DNA from: Perkinsus chesapeaki ATCC PRA-425
Lineage: Eukaryota > Protista > Perkinsozoa
Assembly (NCBI GenBank): GCA_013115145.1
Contig: JAAPAO010000186.1
Span: 1 to 56,560, forward strand
Direction: 5' to 3'
Length of the DNA: 56,560 bases
A model generated the notes under the pieces. The model was not told where the DNA came from. It saw only the letters and a list, made by a program, of their open reading frames with translations, and did not search any database. Of the stretch, positions 36,656 through 47,919 are shown piece by piece. Both the position numbers and the translations under genes were made by a program. The first letter of the stretch is position 1. Each line of letters starts with the position of its first letter.

Positions 36656-36714
36656 TCATTTATTGTATTATATGCGATATCTTTTAAAGATATCGCATAT
36701 AATACAATAAATGA
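36656..36714. repeat. 59-bp perfect palindrome (29-bp arms, 1-nt centre)
   Basis: TCATTTATTGTATTATATGCGATATCTTT-T-AAAGATATCGCATATAATACAATAAATGA. Confidence 0.95.
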
Positions 36715-37227
36715 CTAAGATCCTATAATTCCGGGGAGATTGTAAAGAACCCGTTAAAAAAAGCAATCATTCTTATAATATAATGACAAAGTCCCTGTAT
36801 TAGCAACGGAGTCGCTAATATCAATCGCACTAAGAGTCTGGATATGAAGCGGTGTGTAGCCCAGTTGTGACAATCACTTATGAGGTCCACGACGAACCCT
36901 CCGCAGCAGCCGCGCGGCTCGAACGCCGCGCAGCGGCGCATCGCGAAGCGACTTGTAGGAGGAGAGCCGAGATAGCTTGTGATAGTCAGAGAGGCTTGGA
37001 ATACGAGCAAATGCTTGTGATATGAGAGAGTGCTTGGGATAAGGTTATTATGCACAGTTTGCCGTATTTGTGAAGCAGCCGAGCTATTTCACACAATACA
37101 ACAAGATCAATTATCAATGACCAAATCCACTTCACCGTGGCTTCCACTTTACAACACCGAGCATTACAAATCGAAGAAACGTTAGGAAAGGTGACAGTAG
37201 AAGTTACTAGTAAACATTTGGTCCACT

Positions 37228-40200
37228 TCAAAGCTTCACTCGAGAGACGCCCTCCCGGATGTCTGCCGTGTTCCCCCTCCGCTGGCAGTTCTGATCGACA
37301 CACATTCTGAAAAGCTCACAAAGCTGATCAACTCACCAGCTTCTCATTCTTGAAAGTAGCCTTAATCTCCTTCTTAGCTTTTCGCGCTTCCCGTTGAAGT
37401 TGCTTCACCGCTGCTTTCCGGGCACGGCGCTCTTCTGGAGTCTCGTCTCGCGGACGATACGTAGACACCTGATTATACAAGTTCATATCTGATGACGCCC
37501 GGACTGTTGGTTCTGAAACGGCTAACCATAATTGGCGTTACGAAATTCTGTGAGGCTTTTTTCAAACGAACTTCTACTCGACCACCTGTGCTGGGGCTAT
37601 CAATGTAGCTTTCCAATGAAGTTTGGAAGCATCACACTTGAAATGCAAACAGCTATCAAGCAATTTTCAAGGACTGCTCAAGAATAAAAAACCGCGAACA
37701 TGATATCCTATGCCAAGAGAAGAATCGTTTGCAAGAAAAGTACGCGAAGCAGAAATATCAAAACCGATCCTTCTGGGCTCGACATTAGACGGAACACTAA
37801 CAGGAGTATCACGGCGATATTCTCACCTCAACAAGCTCCTCCTCCTCCTCACACTGAGCGGTTTCCTGATCGCTGTCCTCCTCTCGGACAGCCTCCAACG
37901 TGGGTGCTGGAATCATCGCAGGCTTCCGAATACGTGCTGGACGATTCTGTTAAGAAATCATCTCGGGAGTTCGCAGTTGGACAAGTCTACTATTTTTCCA
38001 GGATGATTGGTGTTATTCGTGAGAGTCGTCAATACCGACTCGCAGTCCCACTCATCACTGGCTCGCCTTTCCTTCACCGGAACTAGCACTGATTTCTCAG
38101 GCATTTCCGGTCTGCCTATAATTTCACGGGTTACCTGAAAACGACTATTTTTACTTGAAAAACCTACCTCTCTGAGAGTGACTAATACGTGGAAAAGGTA
38201 GAATGACTAAACACAGGATTCGTCCCTGCGACCCCCATCTTGCGAGCAAAAAGTGCGCAAATTTTAGATGTGCTGTATTTTTTGTTCGCAGTCACCCCAG
38301 ACGGTAAGCTATACAGTTTTAAGATCCTAGAACATTGGAGAACTCAAATCCGTCGGAAAACATTTAGTGCATTTAATCCCATTCCAGCCCCGTCTCCGGC
38401 CACCTGTGTAAAGTGACTAACGTTCCCGGTCAGCTTCTGACACGAATCTACGGTGCGCTTGCTTTTTTCAGTCCAGAGCGGAAAAGCAATATAATGTTGT
38501 CAGGAATAACCAGTCGAAATTTTAGTGCTAAGTGGTTTCAGGAGAAAGATTCCATGTAGACTGCCATCATCGAACACGAACCATCACGCCAAATATGGTA
38601 TTATATAAATAGAGAGAATGAACATTAGATAGAGGTGGGATTATTATTTCATGCGATATGTTAAGAAATTGAAAAAACAATAAGAGAATGAAGGAGGTTG
38701 AATAATGAATAGAACCAAAGTCCAGGAAACTCCTATGCCATCCGAGGACTCCTAAACATACACAACTTTGAATAGTAAAAGTAGCGAAGATACGAATAAC
38801 GCCACAACGGAAACGGAATCGACTTACCTCGAGAGCCTCCTCTCGATCATCCTTGGTAGTTGTTGTTGTCGGGTCATCGTATTGCTTATACAGAACACTG
38901 TGCTCCTTAGTTTTTATATAACTAAACAACACCACAGTTAGTCCATACACTAAGATTAGACTCGGCTTGGACTCTACCAGAAACGGAGGCGTTACGAGTG
39001 AATTTCATCAGTTCACTATACGCAACTTGACCCCTTCACCAGCGACATTTATAACGGAATAAGAATATGGATACAATCAATTCGATACAATTCAATTCGG
39101 GTGTCGGGTTTCATACTCTATCATCATTATCTAAATATATGATCCTGATATCGATATTGTTCAAACACTCCAAATCTTATCTATATTTTCTCTCCCAGTC
39201 TGCCCTGCCTTCACCACCAGGAACACAGTGGCCAGTATAAAAGTACAGCCGTGGGTTCAGTTGCCCGTAAGAAGGCTCAACCCTATCAGATGTACAGACA
39301 ACATTTCATAATTATTCATACGCCTTATATCTACATTGCTGAAATAGCAACAATGATATCCGAAGAGACAGAAATCTGTCAATGCTTTCCCCCGTCTATT
39401 TCTCACTCGTCTATAATATCCTGACAATCATTAATATTAAGATTCTGCTTATCCCTCTTCAAGAAAGCCATGCTGCTCTGTCCACCAACACTCGTTGCTC
39501 GATCCAACGGCATGTCAAAACGAGAGAAATGATCTTCAAGGTCGCCGATTTCATCTTCGGCGTATCTAAAAACCTTCACAGTGCGCAATGTAAAGATATG
39601 CAAAGATTCACTCTTCATCCAGGAGCCGATCAAACGCGTCATCTTGTGCCGTCGTAGCGCCGCCCTGCAAGCCCATCATCAGGTCGAATCGGTCCTCCTG
39701 ACAAAAGAGCAACTTAACAGGCTCGCCGTTTCCTAATGAGAATGCCTATATGACTCTTGTCACTAGCGATACTCCCCTTTTCTACCTCCGTCTCATTGAC
39801 CCCAGGACCACCCCACAGTAGCCTGGACTCATCAACTCTTCCATCACCACCTATACAGCAAAAACGTATCGAGGACTCAGACGAACAGCAGATGGCGGAA
39901 TGCATTTTCTGGCATAATCTTAGTTTTATCTACACCTTAGGGGCACTTTTTGATCACCAAGGAACACATTCCCGTGGGGCTAGATGGCATCTTAGCTCCG
40001 ATTGGTTCAGTCAGAGCGTGAAAAAAGCCGTTGGCCCCGGAAGAAATACACTGGGATCCAGAATCTAGTGACCGGATATCAGCTAGAACTATACCCTATC
40101 AAAACTTCCGTAGCATCTCCGCATTAGGCACAACTTTTGACCCTCCAGGAGCACATCTCCGTGAGGGTAGATGACTCCCCGAAATGTACGCCAAAGAGAG

Positions 40201-42654
40201 ACAAAGTCGCTGATAACTTTAAAAACAGTAATTCGGGAAAAGTTCGACAACAACTTCTTCACTTTCACTAACATTTCCTCGAGCCAGTATCGCAATCGCT
40301 TTGCCGATTAGTAGTGAGGCGACGTCATTGGAATGATTGTATGGACACCGTAGGAAATATTATTAATACTCTATATCTACTAAACTTATTGCAAAACAAA
40401 CATATATGTAAATACAACATTACTACTCAATTTTAGTCTACTTCCCAACAAACAGGAATTCACTGTATTGTATATTCTAGCTACTTCATCCTCTATATGA
40501 GGTGGTGGCCAGCAGAGGCTTGGATCCATTTAGACAATTGCCTTATGGGCCTGGCCTCTGGCGCTGGTTTTTATTGGGTATGGCTTTGGGAGTCCTTGTG
40601 AGGGCAGTCACACCTCCAAGGCTCTCCTTAGACAGATTCCCCCCCCCACAAAAAACACCCACTTCCACTTTAACCACCCTACTATTACCATGTAAAAGGC
40701 TATCAAAGAATATCTCATCGCTTGATCCATCATCAACACACTCTGCATCATCCATAGCCAAGAATACCGCTCTCTCCTCCGGAGACATTTTCCTGAACGA
40801 TGAGTTAATAATAGTCGATCTCCTCACACAATTCGCTATGAGATGGCACATTACTTACCTAATTTACGACCTTATCGAAACCCCAGATACAGATATGCAG
40901 ATTAGCAAATTAATGCTGTAATATACTTATATATATATTTCAAATTTCGTTCGATAACACTCGATATTGAGTGAGAAATCGAAAAAATACGGAATATTCT
41001 ATTTCATTGCGTCGGGCTGTACTTATAATATTAATATGTAATGGTATATACTTATAATGTTAGTATGTAATGGTATATACTTATAATGTTAGTATGTAAT
41101 GGTATATANNNNNNNNNNNNNNNNNNNNNNNNNNNNNNNNNNNNNNNNNNNNNNNNNNNNNNNNNNNNNNNNNNNNNNNNNNNNNNNNNNNNNNNNNNNN
41201 NNNNNNGGTATATACTTATAATGTTAGTATGTAATGGTATATACTTATAATGTTAGTATGTAATGGTATATACTTATAATATTAATATGTAATGGTATAT
41301 ACTTATAATGTTAGTATGTAGATTGGAAAGGCTCTACACTTTATAATGAAATAATTATATCATTTGTTATTATTATTTCAGAATGTATTAGTTCTCCTTC
41401 CCCGAACTTCCCTGCCACGAGCCTACCCTATTGCTCCACTCTCTGGACCATTCCAATAACCCTTGTATCGATTCCAGTAATTGCTTACAAATTCATCTTA
41501 AAATCACTCATTACCATTCCTTCTATAAAGCTCGGGCCGTGATATAACGCAAGTCCATCCCGTATGACGTGTTGAACTTCACTGTCCCCGCCAGCCCCAA
41601 TTACTTGAGCTCAGCCTTCTGTTCCTTCTCTTGATCACTAGGAGTATCTTCTTCGGCTTCAATCTCGGCGTTGGGGTCAATGAAAAGATTCCTTTCATCA
41701 ATCTTTCGGAGATGCTGATCGTAATCATAACCATCGGGAGGGAAATAACAGTCGCCGTCTGAGATAAAGAATCTTTGCTTGAAGCATGCAATGCAAGATG
41801 ATCCACAGCTCCATTTCGCTGCGAGGAAGGCATATTTCTTCCATTGAAAGGCATTTACAAAAAGGTTTCTATTATAACTACTTTACTACTGGTAAATTGC
41901 TCTAAATGGTATACCGAATTTTCCATGGTAAATATAGGGACCTTAGTAGCATCCGTTTTTGTGCGATGAACCGGAAGAACTTTCATTTCTCCCTCAATTG
42001 CGAGGATATTACTCAGTTTTGCATTACCATACATATAAAATGATATAAATTACTACTAGAAAATAAATCCTAAACTTCTTTGGAATAAAAAGGCTGCACA
42101 CTAATTTCCTGACACACTTTCCTATTACTCAAAAGACTACTACGTTTTCCACTATTCAGTATAGTAATAGAACTACTATACTATATATAATATATATTTA
42201 ATATGTTATATAATAGTAACAATACCAATCCAGTCCCCCCCCAGACCTCATCTCACCTAGTCCGTGGGGGTTGACCACCGCCGCTCCACTGTCGGAGTAA
42301 TCTGAATCCGTATCGCTTTCCAGGATGTCATGTTCGGGAAGTTGCGCTCCCTTTTTTACTGAAAGTGCAAAAATGTATAACAACTGGGAACACTTGGTGA
42401 GATGATAAAATTTATTTGCTGGACTTCAGAATTCTATTTCAACCAGGGGATAAAAATGGCTCCAGGATTCTTCACTAAGTTGCCAACAAAAGATATTTTC
42501 CAGGTCAGATTGCCCTATTACATTGATTCTGCGGTATATATGGCATAAGGACCTTCTCCTGTGTATCATTAACACCATCAAATGCCTTATTGACGAGGGC
42601 GTAGCGGACCGTGTTGCTATTGCGGAATAACCTCTTCTGGCTACCTTTAACCAT
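37228..42654 (-). CDS. LTV1: LTV1-like 40S ribosome biogenesis factor, multi-exon
   Basis: MVKGSQKRLFRNSNTVRYALVNK..KVLMP (start 42654); DGYDYDQHLRKI (~41700); MSPEERAVFLAMDDAECVDD (~40750); YAEDEIGDLED (~39550); RPRDETPEERRARKAAVKQ (~37440); GVSRVKL stop (37228). Confidence 0.8.
40941..41019. mobile_element. Solo TIR fragment of the older Tc1-like family, inside an LTV1 intron
   Basis: Reverse complement of 7798-7880. Ends ..GTCGGGCTG followed by TA. Confidence 0.8.
41021..41320. repeat. 29-bp AT-rich minisatellite spanning an assembly gap (N 41109-41206)
   Basis: Unit TTATAATGTTAGTATGTAATGGTATATAC on both sides of the gap. True copy number is unknown. Confidence 0.9.
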
Positions 42655-42718
42655 TTATTGATAATACACTGCAAAGTGCCTCCAAACACGAGCATCTAGG
42701 CTCCGAATTCACTACTGG

Positions 42719-42817
42719 GCTCGAGATGAATCTAGCATACTGTTTTCGACGTTTAAGTAAGTGACGCTTGAAGCCCTTTCACAGAGAAGGTCTTCGGTTC
42801 AGTCCCCGGCCTCGGCA
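42719..42817 (+). pseudogene. Degenerate tRNA-like element
   Basis: 3' half AGAAGGTC-TTCGG-TTCAGTC-CCCGG-CCTCGGCA is tRNA-shaped. The 5' half pairs poorly and the anticodon is not assignable. Confidence 0.45.
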
Positions 42818-43440
42818 TTTCTCCATCATTTTTATCGCCGTTTTGTGCATTTTCCCCTTTAGGCTGAGGTGGCAATAAGTAAGTGGGTAGGGCGTTTGCG
42901 GTCATTCTGAGCTCGAAAGTATCTTTTCTGGGGGTGTCTCTGTATTGTCAATTAAAATGAGAAAAATCGGTATGAAAAATTTTGCCTAAATTTATCTGTT
43001 CAAAAGTCATATCCTTCCATCCTAAAGAACGCTCAAGCTGCCGAGAATCCTGAGGTTTACCAAATCAGCTTCCCAATTTAGTCGAAGCGGAAAACGTATC
43101 GCGAATTTCCGGTCGCTCAGTGAAATTTTTGTTTGTATAGTAAATGTGAATCAAAAGAAAGACGTCTCTTTCGTACTGATCCTTCCATGTGGCAGCTTTA
43201 AGTGTATTATTGGTAAATGTGACCAACAGGGAGACTGAATTGTCCCATCGCAGCTCTGTGGCTCGAACGGTTGGTAATAACACGGTACTCGTTTACTCGA
43301 TAGAGGTTATATAATCAACGCGTATATTTGTTAAAGAATTGATACGCGTAATCCACTGTCCTGGATTGATAGGAGTCTCTATATATATAATTATCCAACG
43401 GCTCTGAAAGATACAAATGAGGTCGGAAAGAGCCCTAGTA

Positions 43441-43565
43441 CTCCATCGGCCGGCGTGTTCGTATGATGATTAGTGAACGTAGATAACTGATGGGCAAGGG
43501 GCAAAGCGAATCTTCCGCGTGCGCACTACGAAGAATCTTTGTATTTCGCACTATGAAGAATCTAA
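43441..43565 (+). repeat. Diverged copy of the prefoldin-2 3' end and downstream intergenic region
   Basis: CTCCATCGGCCGGCGTGYTCGTATGA at 43441 and 44661, followed at both sites by GATGATTAGTGAA..GGGCAAAG.GAATCTT..GCGCACT.CGAAGAATCT. Confidence 0.85.
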
Positions 43566-43596
43566 GGTTTAGTATCATTAATTCTGCCTCCTCACT

Positions 43597-44686
43597 ATGG
43601 CCTCATCAGAGCAGCCCAAGGCAGCGGCGGCGGCCCCCTCGCCCCAAGAAGTTCAAGCTAAGATCCAGCAGTTGGATCGGGAACGGAGCGCCATTGTCAG
43701 CAAGATTGCTGAGCTTGAGCAGGAGTCAAAAGAGCACGGGTAGTGATTCTGATAGAAAAATCGGATTCTGGAAGTACTGTCTGTCGGCGGAACGATTGTG
43801 GGAGGGCATGAGAGACTCATAAAGAAAATACGGTATAACGGGGATTTCGCTTTAAATTCTTTATTTGGGGAGGCTCATCGACGAGTATCGGGTCAGTCTG
43901 GAATCATCTTAGTGTGGTTTCGGGGAGCACCCGAGAGCTTTGGTGTATGATGGAATGTGTGTATTACTATAGTAAGCTGATTAACTGCCTTTTTGCAATG
44001 AGCAACTTAATTCTTGCTAGTGCGGTCTCGGAATTGTTTCGTTGAGCACGCGTGGGTTTTCTGGAATTTCTTGAGAGAACTGAGGGTTGTTGATTTACTT
44101 TTGGTAGTAGTATGTGATTTATAATGTATCTTTTCCGATCTATTCTGGTTCGTTGAAGGCTCCGTCCAGTTCCCTTTTTGTGTTGTTGGAGTTGGCTTTT
44201 CTTATGGATATATAATAAGACTGGCCTGCTTTTTAAGATTGTTATTTCAGGCTGGTTTTGGGGGCGTTCGATAAAGTCCCGGACGATCGAAGGTGCTACA
44301 GGCTAGTGGGAGGGGTTCTGGTGGAACGAACAGTTAAGGACTTCCGTCCTGTTGTTGAGGACAATAAAGCGAGGGTAATTGGCGTAGTGGTATTTATATC
44401 GGCTGTTATGCTGATGGTCGTGAGTTCGATTCCTGCAGATGGAAGAAGCTTTGAAAAGTCTAAGTGACATGTTGTCGGAGAAAACAAAGACGATGGAGGA
44501 CCTCATTAAAAAGTAAATTCCTTTGCCGCTTTTTTTGACATTTTTTTTGAAATTTTTCGGAAAACTTTCCTCCTTACCAGGTACGGTGCTCCAGGCGTTC
44601 CGGCTGGAGGAAATAAGAAACCTCTGAAAGATACGGAGGAGGTCGGAAAAAGCACAGAAGCTCCATCGGCCGGCGTGCTCGTATGA
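43597..44686 (+). CDS. PFDN2: Prefoldin subunit 2, four exons
   Basis: IVSKIAELEQESKEH / LVLGAFDKVPDDRRCYRLVGGVLVERTVKD / MEEALKSL.. / ..SAGVLV stop, with GT-AG junctions. Confidence 0.92.
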
Positions 44687-44757
44687 GCATTCGTTTCCAT
44701 TGTGATGATTAGTGAAAGGCAATGACTGTTGAGTGAAGGGCAAAGGGAATCTTTCTG

Positions 44758-44907
44758 GTGCGCACGACACCAACTCTGTAGCGTGCTCACTGCAGAGAAT
44801 CTTTGGATTGCGCACTGCGAAGAATCTTTGGATTGCGCACTGCGAAGAATCTGTAGCTTGCGCACTGCGAAGAATCTGTAGCTTGCTCCCTGCGACGAAT
44901 CTGTAGT
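44758..44907. repeat. 25-bp tandem repeat, about 6 copies, just upstream of the next ATG
   Basis: Unit TTGCGCACTGCGAAGAATCTGTAGC and variants at 44808, 44833, 44858 and 44883, plus two degenerate upstream units. Confidence 0.9.
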
Positions 44908-44940
44908 CAGTACCACTTCCTGTTTGTTACTCCGCACTGT

Positions 44941-47061
44941 ATGGCAGACGAAGAGCAACGGCTGAGCCTGTTGGTGAAGAAAGTAGACCAGCTGATTTCC
45001 AAGGTGAGCTGCTGAAAAATCTTCCGGGTGTGCAAAGATTCCACCTATAGATAACCTCGTCCAGTCAACAGCATGCATCTTCGGGACTAATTAATGAAGT
45101 GGGACAGACTTGTGTCGATCTGACGCCATCTCGAGATCAATCTTGGCGAGCGGCCAAGAGAGTTTTGGCGGTTGGTTCGATTGAGAATAAAGGGTATCTG
45201 GGTAAGTTGGGATCGAGAAGATAGTGCAATTATACCGTTCGCAAGGTGTGAAACTCGACCGGAAATTTCGGAGAATTTGCGAAATTTTCTCTCTTTTTCT
45301 CTGCCTCTTGTTTAATTTCATTGGTTTGAACTTCCACGAATGGGTATTCGGTACTTCTTGTTTTACTTTCCAACTTGCCAAATCAACATATTTTGTTATT
45401 TTTTGTTCACGATACAGTCGCCGGTGGTTCTGAGGAACTCTCATGAAATTTCACCTCTACTGTTTGATTGGGTTTGGCAATGGTAGTGATGGTTATTGGT
45501 TTCAGCGATGTGTTTGGTGGACTCTATTGTTCGCCACGAAACGAAGCATAAGAGCCCGGACGCCCGCTGCTCCTTCGCGGACCTTTTCGGCGACCATGTC
45601 TGCAAGCTAACTCGCAGAGTAAGGTTTCGCACTCGCAAGAATTTTTGGGAGTATCTTTTGTAGGCGTTGTCGGTGCACGCTACAGATAGCGAGCTGGGGA
45701 GGATGAGAAAGATGCTACAGGGATGGGTTGCGAAAAAACGGTTTGATTCTTCGGTAAGTATCTTAGGTCGAAGCATGCATTGTGTATCAGGAAAGATATC
45801 CTCCTCTGCTCAGGTGTGCAAGAAGCTGAAGATGCTGATACCAGATGAGGCAGATTTGCTTAGTAGTGCACGAAAGCGACACAAACGAAAACGAAGGAGT
45901 CGTGACCTTGAAAATGGCAGCTCGCCGACGGTCTCGCCTTCGCGGGCTGGGACGGGCACCACAGTATTGCATCACGGTTTGATGGTAGATGAGTTCCTGC
46001 GCGAAGAGGATGAAGATGAGAGACCGGATCGATCGGCATCGCCCCGGCCAGATGAGGAGTTGGTTACACGGCCGGCATCACCGTTATTGCCGCCTGCGTT
46101 CGATCCTCGGAAGCAGCAACGGGCGGGTTCTGGAGGGAGAAGTTCGGCGCCTTCCTCACCAGGAGGGGGCTTTACCAGGCCTCCGGAAGCCGGGGAGAAC
46201 TGGACGGGTTCACCCCCGGTCACTCGAGGAAGAGAGGAGGAGCGGGATGGCAGTCGACATCGAAAAGAATCTTGGCGAGACGCGAGGCATCGGAGCCGGT
46301 CTAGTGGGCGGAGAAGCGGTAGAAGTCGGAGTCGAGACAGGCATAGTTCGAGCCACCACAGGAATCGATCGCGACGCTCTCGGTCTCCAAGAGATGGCGG
46401 CAGCAGCAGCCGAGCGGGCAGCTCTTCGCATGGAAGGAGATCGTTTGGACGGCATGCTGATGCTGATGAAGTCGAGCTGCCTCGCCGGCACACCGGTTGG
46501 GACGTTTTTCCCCGGGCTAAATCGTCCGAGCAGCCCGTAGCGCCCCCTCCTCCACAGTACCCGATGAGTTTTCCGGTCCCGCCGGCATTCCCTCAGTTCC
46601 CCGCACAGCAAGGAGTGGTAGCGGGTGGTGCAATGGGAATGGGACAGAGCTTTGTGGAACCAGCTGGCAGGCCTGTGTACCCGATGCCTGGCGGGCCGCC
46701 GCCTCCTCCGCCGGGCTTCGGACGGGACGTGCCATTTGCACCGCCGCCGATTCCGCAACCTGCCCATCCGGCGCGAACGAAGGCTCCTGCATTTCCGTGG
46801 CGGCCGGTTCAGCAAACTGCGATGGGCGTGGTTGAGACTGTGGGGAAAGAGGAGGACGATGACGAATCTAGTGAGATGGATATTGAAAGCCCTCGAGTAG
46901 TTGAGGAAAATAAGGAGGAGGTGCGGATAGAACCTGTGCCGGAAGAAGAGCAGGAAAAAGTGGCGGAGGAGGCTGACCAGTTGGACAGTCTGGCTGATGT
47001 GTCTCATGATGAGGAGAAAAAGGGCGGCGAGGAGGAGGAAGACGAGTTTAATTGGGATTGA
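44941..47061 (+). CDS. RS-rich, Pro-rich nuclear protein, possibly with an N-terminal CTD-interacting domain (multi-exon 5' part)
   Basis: Long terminal exon with RS dipeptides, poly-Pro and an acidic end. RMRKMLQGWVAKKRF resembles the last CID helix (weak). Confidence 0.55.
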
Positions 47062-47175
47062 GTCTAGTACCATAGTAGATGCCATATGTAACATTTTTGG
47101 GGTAATGAAGGAAGGAGCGGTATGAAATGAGCGTGTACATTACCTATGTAGCGCACGCCTTGGCTGCTCTCGGCG

Positions 47176-47292
47176 GCAGCCTTGGCTCAATTACGTTGAC
47201 CAGCGAGCAGCTTGTATCTTATTCGTGTTGTCTTAGTATTGTGTTGCTTAATTCAGTTCGGAAGGTCCATGGTTCGATCCCGGCAAGTTGCA
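47176..47292 (+). pseudogene. Degenerate tRNA-like element with a long central insert
   Basis: A-box TGGCTCAATT, B-box GGTTCGATCCC, variable-loop AAGGTC. Acceptor GCAGCCT/AAGTTGC-A pairs at 6 of 7 positions. Confidence 0.5.
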
Positions 47293-47919
47293 TTATTTTA
47301 ATGAGCCTTGCGGTGGTGGATGGACTGATATATAAGATGGGTGACGGCACTGGGGCGCCTGTGCTGGTTGCGTCGGTAAGCGGGGCGAGCGGATAATCTG
47401 AAGTTGATTATTTCATCAGCGTTTTTGATTGGTTTATTCCTCATCATGGATGGATAATAAATTATTATTAGTACTATTATTAATATTATTAATAATATAC
47501 TAGTAAATATAATATTATTATGAGCTCAAGCCAATCTTACTGGGTCAAAAGAAGCACCATTTTCCACAGTATATTTGCGCGCATATGTGTGAGACATACT
47601 GTAGTAGTGACTGGGTCCGCCTGGTGATCATCATCATCATAGCTCCCAACTGGCTACTTACCTTCAGCCACACGTGGCTGTTCCGTATAATAGGATTTTG
47701 TCTTTAAAACTTAACTTATAGCAATTGGTTATTTTATTTGTATTATATTGAAACACAGTGTATAATACCCCCGTTTTTTATACTGCAGCACCCCTCCTTT
47801 GACCGGGCAGGTGAGTGCCAGTATAGGATCTTGCCTGGGTAAAACTGGCGGGCTGCCGAAATCCGCCCAGCAGCCCAGTTCGATTACACCGGCTGCTTGA
47901 TAATTTTACTTCTTGAAAT

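Noticed and set aside
3828-47190. Relict spliced-leader fragments (GCCATCTTGG near 3828, CTTGGCTCAA near 47181)
   Set aside because: These are only 10-nt matches and not positioned at a gene 5' end. The second is explained as a tRNA A-box.
47461-47520. 11-arm palindrome TATTATTAATA-T-TATTAATAATA
   Set aside because: It lies in a two-letter low-complexity tract where palindromes are expected. Excluded from the count.
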